Below, piece after piece: positions 1-10,195 of a DNA stretch of 64,000 nucleotides. Location of the stretch: positions 1-64,000 of the forward strand of contig CALSSD010000021.1 in the NCBI GenBank assembly GCA_943788915.1, in the 5' to 3' direction. Both the position numbers and the translations under genes were made by a program. The DNA is from an uncultured Acidimicrobiales bacterium (GTDB lineage: Bacteria > Actinomycetota > Acidimicrobiia > Acidimicrobiales > UBA10347). The first letter of the stretch is position 1, and each line of letters starts with the position of its first letter. The notes below the pieces were generated by a model. It saw only the letters and a program-made list of their open reading frames with translations, had not been told where the DNA came from and made no database searches.

Positions 1-2
1 CT

Positions 3-584
3 ATTCCGCTCGAGGTTGACCTAACCATTACCGCGGCCGAGCACGGGTGGCATCTCATCGACCCACGCGAACCTGACCAGCCATTCATGGTCGCTACGAC
101 GTGGACACCCGACTACGCGAAGACGGATCCGGTGTCGTTGGCTGACGCCGCCGACGCTCGAACCCGTTTCCCGTTGCATGATGACCATCCGGTGCCGGTT
201 TGTTTCTCCTGCGGAGCAAACGCCGACTCCATGCAGGTCCACTCGGGACCACTCCCCGATGGCCGATGGGCGACCGACTGGACGGTTCCTGAGTGGGCTG
301 TTGACGCCGACGGCAACGTGGACGAAGGCGCGCTATGGGCCGCAATCGACTGTGCCCAAGGCTGGTACGTCGGCAACGCCGGCGGGCGGCGTCATGCAGT
401 CACCGTGCAACTGGCGGTCGAAGTCATCACGCCCATTGAGGCGCAGACGAGTTACTCGCTCGTCACCTGGAACGGGACCTATCCCGAAACATGGGATGGA
501 AGAAAACGCGGCGCAGGGGGCGCGGTGTTTGCCAGCGACGGCACCTGCGTCGCTCGATCCAGCAGTTTCTGGATCGCCATCTAA
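3..584 (+). CDS. Hotdog-fold thioesterase-like protein, 5' end outside the window
   Basis: Frame is open from position 3 (IPLEVDLTITAAEHGWHLIDP...) into ORF 87..584. Contains CFSCG, WAAIDC and GRKRGAGGAVF...CVARS, typical of actinobacterial double-hotdog proteins. Confidence 0.6.
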   Translation: MPLEVDLTITAAEHGWHLIDPREPDQPFMVATTWTPDYAKTDPVSLADAADARTRFPLHDDHPVPVCFSCGANADSMQVHSGPLPDGRWATDWTVPEWAVDADGNVDEGALWAAIDCAQGWYVGNAGGRRHAVTVQLAVEVITPIEAQTSYSLVTWNGTYPETWDGRKRGAGGAVFASDGTCVARSSSFWIAI

Positions 585-592
585 AATCGACT

Positions 593-1349
593 TCAGCGGG
601 TCATTTGAGATTCACGGTGGTGAATCTGCCTTAACTCGCTCCCGCAAGAAAAAGTCGCAATTGCAGCCGACGCTGCATCGAGTGCCTCGCCGTCCTTCCA
701 GTCTTCGATGAACGTGCACGTGGGCAACAACTCGGCAAGCTCGCGCGACGTCGACTCAGGGTGGTAGAGATCGTTGCCCATCAGCACCATCGTTGGTGTC
801 TCAATTGCAGCTGCTTGTTCCCGGGTCGTGTTGAACATGAATTCGCCGTCGTACATGTTCGAACGGAACGCGTCGAATGCTGCATCGTCGGCCTCGGGGT
901 GAGCTGGGGCTACCTCGGCCCGCCACCCGTCGAACATGTCGTAGAACGCCTGATGGGTTGTTGTCGAGCCCAATCGGCTGAAGGATCACCGACGCTGCGA
1001 CTCGCTCTGGCGCTGCCATACACAAACCCGTGATGTACGGACCACCGATGCACATTCCGGCCACAGCGAAGCGATCGATTCCGAGATGATCGACCAGCGC
1101 AAGCTGATCAGCGGTATACGTATCCCACCCATCGGTTGCCGAGATGGGCGCCGTCGATTGTCCGGCGTTGCGCTGATCCATGGCGATCACCTGGAAGTCA
1201 TCGGTCAGCGCTGCCAGCGGGTTCCAAGGCATCAGTGCCCATTTGTTGAACGCTGAGTGCATCCCGCCGGGTGCGATAAGGAGCACAGGGAAACCGTGAC
1301 CGGCTACCTGATAGTGAATCGTTGCTCCGTCATGCTCAAAAAAGGCCAT
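593..1349 (-). CDS. Alpha/beta-fold hydrolase with Cys nucleophile elbow (GMCIGG); frameshifted, probably by sequence error
   Basis: ORF 801..1355 (HYQVAGHGFPVLLIAPGG, AMDQRNAGQS, GMCIGG) joins ORF 593..973 (HQAFYDMFDGW...VLMGNDLYHP) if one C is removed near 955. Removing one base of the A5 run at 649-653 gives a natural end IATFLAGAS* at 631. Confidence 0.75.
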
Positions 1350-1427
1350 GTACACCAGCGTATGACCCGGACAAACCCAGCCCTCGCAAGTTCGAAGGGG
1401 GGATCTGGCGTTGCGATGCCCCTGCCC

Positions 1428-3764
1428 CTAGCGGCCTGGCAATTCGTTGATGGCTTTCCAAACCTTTTGTGGTGTGCACGGGATGTCGATGTGGCGCACA
1501 CCTACATGGGCAATGGCATCAAGCACCGCATTGTGCACTGCCGGGGTAGCACCAATCGGGCCTGATTCGCCTACCGCCTTGTAGCCACCGGCGTTGAAGG
1601 AACTCGGCACGACCTGAGCTTCGAGATCGATCTGGCAGAACTGATCGATCGACGCGATCTGGTAGTCGAGGAAGTTTGCCGTGAGTGGATTCCCTGCTTC
1701 ATCGAAGAGCACTTCTTCGCCCATGACTTGCGCTGCGCCCAGAGCGATTCCGCCACGAAGCTGATCGTCGACCGCCTGGTCGTTGACACGCACGCCGGCG
1801 TCGTCGACGGCCGAATACTGCACGAGTTTCCAGGCACCTGTTTCTGTGTCGACTTCGACGACCGCTACATGGCAGCCAGACGGGTAGACGTCCTTGCCGC
1901 CGTTTTCATAGACGTGATCACAGCTCAACTGTTCGTCGCGAGCCTGCATCTCGACGGCGATCTCGGCCCAGCCAAGCGATCGGCTCGGCGTGCCCACAAC
2001 ATGGAAGGCACCGACCACTCGGTCGAGCACCACGTCGGCTGGAGCAGCTTCGAGCATCTGTGCTGCGACTGCGGCGGCTTGGGAGACAACCTCGGCTGAC
2101 GCCTCGTGGATGGCCAAGCCGGCTGTCTGCACGGACCGAGACCCAATGGCTCCCATGCCGGTGGCGATCTCGTCGGTCCGACCCTCGATCACGGTGATGT
2201 ACTCGGGCGCGATGCCAAGTTCGCCCGATGCGATCGTGCGCCAGGTGGCCTCGTGGGCTTGCCCCTGCGATGTCGTTCCGGTGACCACGGTTGCGCTGCC
2301 ATCGGGATTGATGCGCACCAGGGCCGACTCGCCGCCTCCGCCGCAGGTCCGGTGGTTGTAGCTGGCGAGACCAATACCGATCTGCACACCTCCGGCAATT
2401 AACCGTTGGGCCGCTTGTCGCTGTCGTAGTGCGTCGTAGTCGGCCAGCATGAGCACACGTTCGAGTGCGTCGCCGTAGTCCGCGTCGTCGTAGATTGCAC
2501 CAGTCGGCGAGGTGTACGGCATGTCATCGGCGCCCACCAGGTTGCGACGCCGAACCTCGGCTGGATCCATATCGATCTCGGCCGCGAACATGTCGATGGC
2601 CCGTTCAAGTGCAGCGATCACCGGCGCACGGCCAGCACCTCGCAACGCAGCCACCGGCGGACGGTTCGTGACATAGGTGACCTGCTCAAACTCGGTATGA
2701 GCGATCGCATAAGTACCGGCAAGCATGGGCGCCGTCCAGTTGTTCGGCAGCCCAGCCCCCGAACTCGGATAGGCCCCGGCGTCCTTATGCAGCTGCACCT
2801 TGACCGCTTGTAGCTCCCCGTCAGAGGTTCCTGCCAGCCACAGATGTACCTCTTCTGCACGGCCGTGGGGCGCCGACGTCAGGTTTTCGGTGCGTGACTC
2901 GACCCATCGAACCGGTCGGTCAACGAGCTTGGCCAGATGGGGAATGAGTTGCTCTTCCGGACCGGGTGCCCCCTTACCGCCAAAGCCGCCCCCAACAAAC
3001 GGCCCTGCCACGATATGGATCTGCGAGAGCGCCAGGTCATACATCGGTGCGATGCGACTGCGGAAGCTGTGTGGCGTCTGGGTGCTGACCCAGGCATGCA
3101 GGTGACCATCGGGGGTCCACACCGCAGTCGCACCTCGGCATTCGATCGGTGCCGCCACTTGGCGAGGGTTGCGGAAGTTGTGTTCGATGACCACATCTGC
3201 GTGTGCAAACAGCTCTGGAGCAGACTCGACCGACAAACCATCGTCGAGATGGGTGCGGATCACGTTTGATGACGCTGTATCTGCGCTAGCGCCGCCGGTG
3301 TCGGGACTGCCAGCGTTATGGCGAGCCTGATCGGCTGGTTCGAACAGTTGCACTGCGCCGTCGATCGCTTGTTGGGCAGTGAGGACGACCGGCAGGTCCT
3401 GGTAGTCGATGATCACCAGCTCGGCCGCGTCGACCGCCTGCTCACGGGTTTCAGCCACGATCACGGCGACAGGTTCGCCGACATAACGCACCTTGTGTTC
3501 CGCCAGCAATGGCTGAGCAAAACGCAACGGATGAAGTGCGTTGTAGGCCATGGTCGGCAAAATCGGATTGTCAGCGGCTGCGATCGCAGCCAGAACACCC
3601 GGCGCTGCATGTGCCTCGGACAGGTCAACCTCGATAGACGCGTGCGCCGCGGTCGACCGCACGAATACCGCATGAGCGGCGCCGTCGAGAAGCGGCTCGC
3701 GCAGGTCATCGACAAAGGTCGCTTCGCCAGAGATCAACAGGACGCGTTCATCAACCATGATCAA
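1428..3764 (-). CDS. Xanthine dehydrogenase family molybdopterin-binding large subunit (CoxL/CutL-like, not form I CODH)
   Basis: 778 aa. VRYVGEPVAVIVAE, VGGGFGGKG, active-site loop AALRGAGR, SQGQAHEAT, GYKAVGESG, NAVLDAI. Confidence 0.9.
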   Translation of the reverse strand: MIMVDERVLLISGEATFVDDLREPLLDGAAHAVFVRSTAAHASIEVDLSEAHAAPGVLAAIAAADNPILPTMAYNALHPLRFAQPLLAEHKVRYVGEPVAVIVAETREQAVDAAELVIIDYQDLPVVLTAQQAIDGAVQLFEPADQARHNAGSPDTGGASADTASSNVIRTHLDDGLSVESAPELFAHADVVIEHNFRNPRQVAAPIECRGATAVWTPDGHLHAWVSTQTPHSFRSRIAPMYDLALSQIHIVAGPFVGGGFGGKGAPGPEEQLIPHLAKLVDRPVRWVESRTENLTSAPHGRAEEVHLWLAGTSDGELQAVKVQLHKDAGAYPSSGAGLPNNWTAPMLAGTYAIAHTEFEQVTYVTNRPPVAALRGAGRAPVIAALERAIDMFAAEIDMDPAEVRRRNLVGADDMPYTSPTGAIYDDADYGDALERVLMLADYDALRQRQAAQRLIAGGVQIGIGLASYNHRTCGGGGESALVRINPDGSATVVTGTTSQGQAHEATWRTIASGELGIAPEYITVIEGRTDEIATGMGAIGSRSVQTAGLAIHEASAEVVSQAAAVAAQMLEAAPADVVLDRVVGAFHVVGTPSRSLGWAEIAVEMQARDEQLSCDHVYENGGKDVYPSGCHVAVVEVDTETGAWKLVQYSAVDDAGVRVNDQAVDDQLRGGIALGAAQVMGEEVLFDEAGNPLTANFLDYQIASIDQFCQIDLEAQVVPSSFNAGGYKAVGESGPIGATPAVHNAVLDAIAHVGVRHIDIPCTPQKVWKAINELPGR

Positions 3765-3813
3765 GGTCTACACCGGCGCTCGGCCGTGCGCCCGGAATTG
3801 CTTGCCTGAATAA

Positions 3814-4563
3814 CTAGCGGAAGCCAGCGAGCCGTTCGTCGGTATCGGTGATCTCGTAATCGTGGCTGTATTCGTAGGCGAGGCCACCCTCGATACCCAG
3901 CGACTCAGCGACGCCGTAGAGGTCCTTGTACGCAGCGAGTGATCCAGCGCTGCTCTCGACCACCTGTGCTGCCAATGTCGCGACCGCTGCGTCGAGCTCT
4001 TCGGATGGCACGGACTGGCAGGCCATACCCATGGCTGCTGCCTCGGCACCGGTGAAGGTGCGCGCTGTGTAGCTGAGCTCGCGGGCCTTGGCCATACCAA
4101 CGAGTGCTGGCAACCGTTGGCTCATACCCCAGGTCGGGCGAAGACCAAACTTGGCGTGTGTGTCGGCCATCTTGGCCGACTCTGCCGTGACCATCAGGTC
4201 ACATGCCAATGCAAGTTCGAGTGCGCCGGTGAAGCAGAAACCATTCACCTTGGCGATCGTGACCAGCCGGCCGTTCGCCAGCCTGTCGGTCATGCTGCGA
4301 GCCGGGATGTCCAAAATATCACCGACGCTTCCACCGGTGAGTTCTCGATCGCCGAGCGCCTTCAGATCAACCCCAGCACTAAAGGCTCGGCCGGCTCCAG
4401 TCAGGATCAAAACCTGCACGTCGGCGTTCGCCGTCAGCTCGTCGTAGGCCTGATTCAGCTCACCAAGCATGGTCGGCGTGATCGCATTAAGCGCATCAGC
4501 CCGGCTCAGCACAACGGTCGCAACTGCTCCGTCGATGGACACTTCGATCTGTTCAAAACTCAT
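3814..4563 (-). CDS. Enoyl-CoA hydratase/isomerase family protein
   Basis: GRAFSAGVDL, IAKVNGFCFTGALELALACD, DTHAKFGLRPTWG. Start MSFEQ is preceded by TAGGGT-N7. Confidence 0.9.
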   Translation of the reverse strand: MSFEQIEVSIDGAVATVVLSRADALNAITPTMLGELNQAYDELTANADVQVLILTGAGRAFSAGVDLKALGDRELTGGSVGDILDIPARSMTDRLANGRLVTIAKVNGFCFTGALELALACDLMVTAESAKMADTHAKFGLRPTWGMSQRLPALVGMAKARELSYTARTFTGAEAAAMGMACQSVPSEELDAAVATLAAQVVESSAGSLAAYKDLYGVAESLGIEGGLAYEYSHDYEITDTDERLAGFR

Positions 4564-4651
4564 CGCCGCCACCCTAGCCCCGAGGCCTCTCATGAGGCGG
4601 ATACTGGCTGCTGTATGGCAGTAACTCGACTCTGGATTCCAGCCTGGTTAC

Positions 4652-6445
4652 TCAGCTCGGAAGTCTGAAGGTACGGTCGCCGCACTCGCACAGAATGCGC
4701 ACCAGCGATTGACCGAGTGGTGCGTCTTCGTCCTCGGTGAACAACACCGACCAACTTGTCACGTCGAGCGTGCCTCCTTCGGCTTCGGCCGTCCATTGTT
4801 GGTCGAGATAGTCAGGCGATGGAACGACCAGAAGATAAGACGTCAGCCCCTGTGGCACTGAATTCGCAAGCAAGACCGTGTTGGCGAGGAACTCCGTCTT
4901 GAACCGGCACGTGCCAGCTGCCCCGGTGGAGTCGGCGTTTGTTGGAAAAGGATCGATAACAGCGCACACCTCGTCGCCATCCAGGTACAAGAACACCTGC
5001 AAATCGTCGTTCGCGTGCAGCAAGTATCCCTGTGTCACATCGGTTGATGGGCGAAGGAGCGAGATCAGCCCTTCGGGGAGAGGGACAAGCTCCGGCAGCC
5101 AGTCTTGGAGAATCAGGTCGGCGTCGTCCAGGTCTTGCCGAGGGATCACCTGGATCTCGCGCAGGTTGAACTCGTCGCCACGCACCGCATCATCTCGATC
5201 TAGCCGCAACTCGACGGGATGACCGGTATCGGGATCCAGCGTCAGGTCATAGACCTCGTCGACTGATGCAGCGATTGCGAACATCTCGTCGACGGTAAAG
5301 ACCTGATCGGCCTCATCGGAGCCCTGCCGAAACTCAGTGTCCACCACGTGGCCATCCTCGATCCTCAACGAAACGAGGGAGGTGAAACCGGAGGGGGGAT
5401 GTGACTCCACATACCGAAGTCGATATGAGCTGATCCCCGAGGCAGTCCAAAGAGCACGTCCCGCTTCGAATCGAGCCGCCTCAAGTTCTTCCAGCAGTAC
5501 CGGGTCCGCTTCCCGGTTGTCCCGGTTCGCGCCGCGTCGCACTTCGGCCTCTGCTTCGACAGCGTCGGCGAGCGTTTGGCGCGCTGCCTCGACGGACTCG
5601 AACCCACCAGAAGTCTCGACTATTGGATGCTCATCGAGTTGATCCTCAGCCGCCTCATTCGCAGCTTCCGCAGCAGTCGCTGCGTCAGCCATCGCCTGGC
5701 CCGCCGCTTGCTCTGCGGCCTTCTGTGCCCACCATTGGCCCGGGTCAGCAGGGTCGTTTGGGCCGGCACCGCTGGCGATTACCGGCAGACCAGGGCCATT
5801 ACACGAGACATAGAGTCCCTCAGGACCAGGTGCCCAACCTCCGCGGACACCGCTCCATGGCGAAAGGAAACCGAAGAAGTCGAGGCCATCTACCGCCACC
5901 GGCGAAGCCAACGGATCCGGTGCTGAGCGATCGGCCCACTGGGCCTGGTACGCGATGATCTCGATGTCGTTTCGGGGTGTATCAGCGCCGCTGTCGACAG
6001 AGATCTCGAATACGTCGCTCACTGTGACCTCGATGTAACTCCGGCCATTCACTTCGGTCCGAGCCATCGAAGCCACCTGACCAACCACGACCGCAGCCGA
6101 CTGGTTGGCGAGTTCATCGAATGACCCGGCAGGTTCATAGTCATACGTCGGGATACCTGCCTGCAGCAGCTCTAGCACCGGGCCATCGGTGCACGGGCCA
6201 CCGGTGAAGAAGCCAGTGGAGTTATCTTCGCCCTGACCAACAACCACCGAAGTGGTTCCAGAGTTACGGCCTTGCCATAGAAACAGCATCGAGGCCACAG
6301 CCAGTGCCGATACCAACCCGAAGGCCACCTTCCGACCGCGCACGGATCGAACAGTCGCTGGCCCGGTGATCGACGGATCCGCTAGAACCACACCGGTCGT
6401 GGCTCGGCTCGCGAGATCGTTCAGACGTTTGCCTAGGTCGTTCAT
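4652..6445 (-). CDS. Single-pass membrane protein with large extracytoplasmic region (DUF6174-like segment); putative anti-sigma/ECF partner
   Basis: ATG overlaps the stop of the upstream ECF gene (ATGA 6442-6445). Short N-terminal helix MNDLGKRLNDLA, one TM (VAFGLVSALAVASMLFLW), and segment ALWTASGISSYRLRY...FTVDEMF...DPDTGHP resembling DUF6174. Confidence 0.6.
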   Translation of the reverse strand: MNDLGKRLNDLASRATTGVVLADPSITGPATVRSVRGRKVAFGLVSALAVASMLFLWQGRNSGTTSVVVGQGEDNSTGFFTGGPCTDGPVLELLQAGIPTYDYEPAGSFDELANQSAAVVVGQVASMARTEVNGRSYIEVTVSDVFEISVDSGADTPRNDIEIIAYQAQWADRSAPDPLASPVAVDGLDFFGFLSPWSGVRGGWAPGPEGLYVSCNGPGLPVIASGAGPNDPADPGQWWAQKAAEQAAGQAMADAATAAEAANEAAEDQLDEHPIVETSGGFESVEAARQTLADAVEAEAEVRRGANRDNREADPVLLEELEAARFEAGRALWTASGISSYRLRYVESHPPSGFTSLVSLRIEDGHVVDTEFRQGSDEADQVFTVDEMFAIAASVDEVYDLTLDPDTGHPVELRLDRDDAVRGDEFNLREIQVIPRQDLDDADLILQDWLPELVPLPEGLISLLRPSTDVTQGYLLHANDDLQVFLYLDGDEVCAVIDPFPTNADSTGAAGTCRFKTEFLANTVLLANSVPQGLTSYLLVVPSPDYLDQQWTAEAEGGTLDVTSWSVLFTEDEDAPLGQSLVRILCECGDRTFRLPS

Positions 6446-6927
6446 AGCACCAGATCCTGAAGAATCGCCGGGTCGATGGCAGCCGCAAGATTGCGATGTG
6501 CTCTTGCCAAATGTTGCTTGACGCTGCCGAGTGAGATGCCCATCTCGATGGCACACTCCGCGAGCGGCAGGTCAGCCCAGTACCGAAGCGCAATCACTTG
6601 ACGCTGCCGCAAGGCCAATGCCTCTAGTGCGAGCGCAAGATCCGGATCGCTGGCCACGGCCGCTGCCTGAGGCGGGGCCACCAGCTTGGGCACGAACATC
6701 CGGAAGCGCTTGACCCGCCGCCACCGACTGCGAGACAGATTCACGGCAACCGTGCGCACCCAACCAGCTGGGTTCTGGTCCTGCTGTTCAAGGAGGTCCC
6801 ACCGTTCATAGGCGCGTGTCATGACCTCTTGCGCGAGGTCGGCAGCCTCGTCGGTATCGAGTGTCAGCACCCAACAGAAACGGAGCAGCTGATCTGCCTC
6901 GGATCTGAAGAAGTCAGAGAAGTCCAT
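6442..6927 (-). CDS. ECF sigma-70 factor, actinobacterial SigE-like family
   Basis: AADLAQEVMTRAYERW, PAGWVRTVAVNLSRSRWRR, region 4 RQRQVIALRYWADLPLAECAIEMGISLGSVKQHLARA. Confidence 0.9.
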   Translation of the reverse strand: MDFSDFFRSEADQLLRFCWVLTLDTDEAADLAQEVMTRAYERWDLLEQQDQNPAGWVRTVAVNLSRSRWRRVKRFRMFVPKLVAPPQAAAVASDPDLALALEALALRQRQVIALRYWADLPLAECAIEMGISLGSVKQHLARAHRNLAAAIDPAILQDLVL

Positions 6928-7041
6928 CACCTGTACAACGCCTCGGCACCACATAGGGATGACACCGATCCAAGATTTTTCGAATTCTTGGGACGAGTAG
7001 TAGCTGCTGGGCGACCATGACACGCCTCAAGATTTCACCTG

Positions 7042-8001
7042 TCAGGCGAGGCTGCGGGCGATTTGCCACTGGCCCCAAGCCAGGCTTGGCTCGATGTCGG
7101 CGTACCCGCGGGCACGTTCAAGCCGAATTGCTTCAATTGCGGAGACCATCGTGGCAGCGCCGTCTGCAACGTGAGCTTCGACTTCTTCTTGGGTAAGCGG
7201 GCGACCCTGCTCGCGTTCAGCGGCCGCCAAGGTCACCACCAGCGGCGGGATGATGACGGGCAGCGGGTCCGAGGTAACAGGTCCTGGCACACCCGGCTCG
7301 GTCAGACGCCAGAACCCAAAAGGATTGTGTCGACCGTCGTCGGGCCCGAACCGATAGTCGGGCCAACGTTCTATGGCCCGACGTGGCTGGTCAGCATCGG
7401 CGCCGTAGGTGTGCCCGGTCATAAGGACCGGGTCTTCCACGACCTGGAAACTACAGAACACCGACACCAGGTCAGGATCATGTCCTTCGACCAGAGCGTC
7501 GGGTCGCTGAAAGGCGTGCATGCCCGTGGTGTAGGTCACCTTGCCGTCGGCAACCAGAAGCGTGGTGTGATGCACAAGTTCGTGCGCAGTCGAGGCATCA
7601 AGCGCAGCGAACCATGTTGGCCAGTCGACGGCAGCCCCTGACGACTCAACCCGAATACCGACGCCACCTGAGGTGCGAAGTGCCTCGCTGATCTTGCGGA
7701 GTGTGGGGATTGCGAGGTCGAGCGTGGTGCCAACCTCGATCAACGCAGCAGCGGTGCACGCATTCGCCGCTGCGACCAACTCGTCTCGTTGCCCATCGCG
7801 TGACCACGACAATGCGTTCCCGAACCCAGCTGGGTCTTGGACCAGACCGAAGCGAACATGATCGGCAGCGATCGGGCCGTCGTCGAATGTTCCCAGCGGC
7901 AGGGTCACGGTGGCGAGCGCGTCGAGCAACGACGCCTCGTCTTCCCATGGACCGGGTACGAGTAAGAACACAGACGGGACGACAGGCTGCGCAGTACTCA
8001 C
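7042..8001 (-). CDS. Conserved hypothetical protein (DUF4261-like)
   Basis: 319-aa ORF filling the gap between genes. VPGPW, YTTGMHAFQRPD, HNPFGFWRL, and C-terminal LAAAEREQGRPLTQEEVE...RGYADIEP domain. Confidence 0.5.
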   Translation of the reverse strand: MSTAQPVVPSVFLLVPGPWEDEASLLDALATVTLPLGTFDDGPIAADHVRFGLVQDPAGFGNALSWSRDGQRDELVAAANACTAAALIEVGTTLDLAIPTLRKISEALRTSGGVGIRVESSGAAVDWPTWFAALDASTAHELVHHTTLLVADGKVTYTTGMHAFQRPDALVEGHDPDLVSVFCSFQVVEDPVLMTGHTYGADADQPRRAIERWPDYRFGPDDGRHNPFGFWRLTEPGVPGPVTSDPLPVIIPPLVVTLAAAEREQGRPLTQEEVEAHVADGAATMVSAIEAIRLERARGYADIEPSLAWGQWQIARSLA

Positions 8002-8055
8002 GGCCAGAGTCTTACATGCCGGTATCGATATGCCTCCGGTTGCTGACGCTGCTAC

Positions 8056-9997
8056 TCAGTGGCATGTGGAGGACGGCGGCAGGTCCATGACCGGGCTGTG
8101 GTCGAAGAAGCCGCTTGGCTTGAGCGTGAACCCGATGCAGGCAACTGGCATGACCGGCCAGTCTTCGAGACTCGGCAGATGGTTGTGACCCATCGTGTAC
8201 CAGACAACCAGGTCGGTGTTTTCGACATCCCGGTCAGCTGCGGTCCACGCTGGGAGGCCCTCGCCGCCGACTGATTGGTTCGGATAGGCGCCCGCTGGCC
8301 ATCGCTCATCGGCGGCATAGGGCGTGACCCACAGGTGATTCCACATGTAACCAGCACGAGCACGAATCGAGGATTCCTCGGTCGCGAACGGCAAACAATT
8401 CTCGCCAGCGATGAGCTTGTATCCGGTAGGTGTGCCCATCTTGTTGGTGGCCTCGTTGGAGATGACCTTCCAGTAGCGCGCCGCCATTGGATCGATGCGG
8501 CGTTGCGCCTGCTGCTCGGTGGCAAGCACGGTTGTCTGGCCACGGAAGGCATTGCCGTAGGGGTTCTCGTCCGGCGGCGCTTGCACGGTGTCAACTTCGA
8601 CAACCGAGTTGGCCAAACCATCGACCGTCATATCGAGCCGCATACAAAAGAAGTGCTGATGATTCGGGCCGTAGAGGTGATCGCCCAGCTTGGTGCCGTA
8701 GTTGGTGGTCTCGCCGGTGTCGAGGGCGCCCGTGCTCAGAATGCCAGTGAGCTTGATCTCACTCTCGACTCGGCCGTCTTGGTAGAAGTACCAATAGACG
8801 CCGTACTCATAGTTGCCCACCGTGCAGATGAACGACACGACGAGTCGACGAAGCCGCCGGACCTCGGTCTGGTCGGTTCGAAAGTCGCTGTGTTTCCAGC
8901 TGATCCCGAAGTCTTCTTCGTGGATGCAGATCGCCTGCGGGATCTCGACCACGGTTCCCTCTGCGTCACAGAAATGGGCATCGAGATAGTGGATCTCGCC
9001 CAGGCAGTCGCAGCCCAACGTCAGCGAGTTGGCAAGCATGCCCATGCCGTATTCACCGGCGTCGAATGCGTTCTTGCGGGCCTGAGTCGCCGACGGATCG
9101 CCGTACGGAACCGTCATCTCTGCGAGCGACGCCCGGTAGAGCACAGGCCGAACTTGATCGCCGTCGGTATAGCTGAGGGTGTTTATCACGAGCCCCTCAC
9201 GGCTGCTCCACCCGATGCGCATGTCCCACTTCTGCCAGCTGAGACGATCGCCGTTGACCTGGAAGCTCGGGCCGTCGAGGCTGGACGATGTCGAGTGGCT
9301 TGATGTCGGAGCGTTCACGGTCAGATGGCATGAGGTGCCGCGACCACTCTGCGGATTCTGCTGGTTCGTCTGGCACCGGCAGCACTCGTTCGTCCTCGAT
9401 GCGCACGATCTTCATCGCGTTGAGATCGAAGACCACCAGCATCCCGTCGATCGGACGGGCGTACTGGTTGCCGCCCGCGGTGCCGCGCACAAAGACCAGA
9501 CCCCGCACGATGCGGTGACTCGACTCGATCGGGTCGCCATAGTTGCCGGCGCTCCACGGGTCGATCGTGACCAGGCTCATATCCGTGATGCCACGCTTGG
9601 CCATCGCTGCTTGAAAATCAGGATCGGACTTCATGGCCGTCTCGGACTCGACGAACTCATTGACCGTGATCGACGGCTGCACACCTTCGATGCGGTTCCA
9701 TTGGGCCACCGTCCCATCGCTGACTACGGCGACAATCTCGTGCGTCGATCCGTCGGATGTGTCGAGAACCACCACGTCGGCTGCTCGAACAATGGCGTCT
9801 CCCGCCGTGTAGGCAAGCACAAGTGCCTTCTCGGGAAGATGCAGGTCGATGCTGGCGAAACGCGCCCGAGAGCCAAACCGTTCGTCGGCGCGCACGATCT
9901 CGACGGCGGCCTGTGTTTCTGCCACCGTCAAACGGTCGAGTGGATGAACGCTGCTGGCTTGCGAAGTCGAGGTGGGAGGCGCGGCGAGGTCCGTCAT
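8056..9997 (-). CDS. tynA: Copper/TPQ primary-amine oxidase; one frameshift near 9278
   Basis: N-part HPLDRLT...YARPIDG...KPLDIVQP (ORF 9197..9997) continues as DGPSFQV...(ORF 8056..9318) after removing one base. TPQ consensus VGNYEY, Cu ligands NHQH and GHNHLP, EDWPVMP. Confidence 0.9.
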
Positions 9998-10195
9998 GAG
10001 TATTCCTTGGGTCGTCGAGGTCTCCCGACCCTAGATCACCGTGTCTTAGCGGGCACGTTGTTCCCTAACAGGCCCCGCTGGTGTTGTTCACCACATTCAT
10101 GGTCTACTCCGACGACTACTACGGAACAGCCGGTTCACCTGCTGGATCGAAGCTGCCTAGTTGTTGCTGAGCACAATCGGCCTCAGACTGTCTCC

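Noticed and set aside
1428..3764. Aerobic CO dehydrogenase (coxL form I)
   Set aside because: Lacks AYxCSFR and adjacent coxS/coxM.
9179..10195. N-terminal 339 aa of the 639-aa ORF 9179..11098
   Set aside because: Mostly the antisense shadow of the amine oxidase gene; esterase homology and a leaderless promoter begin at 10196.
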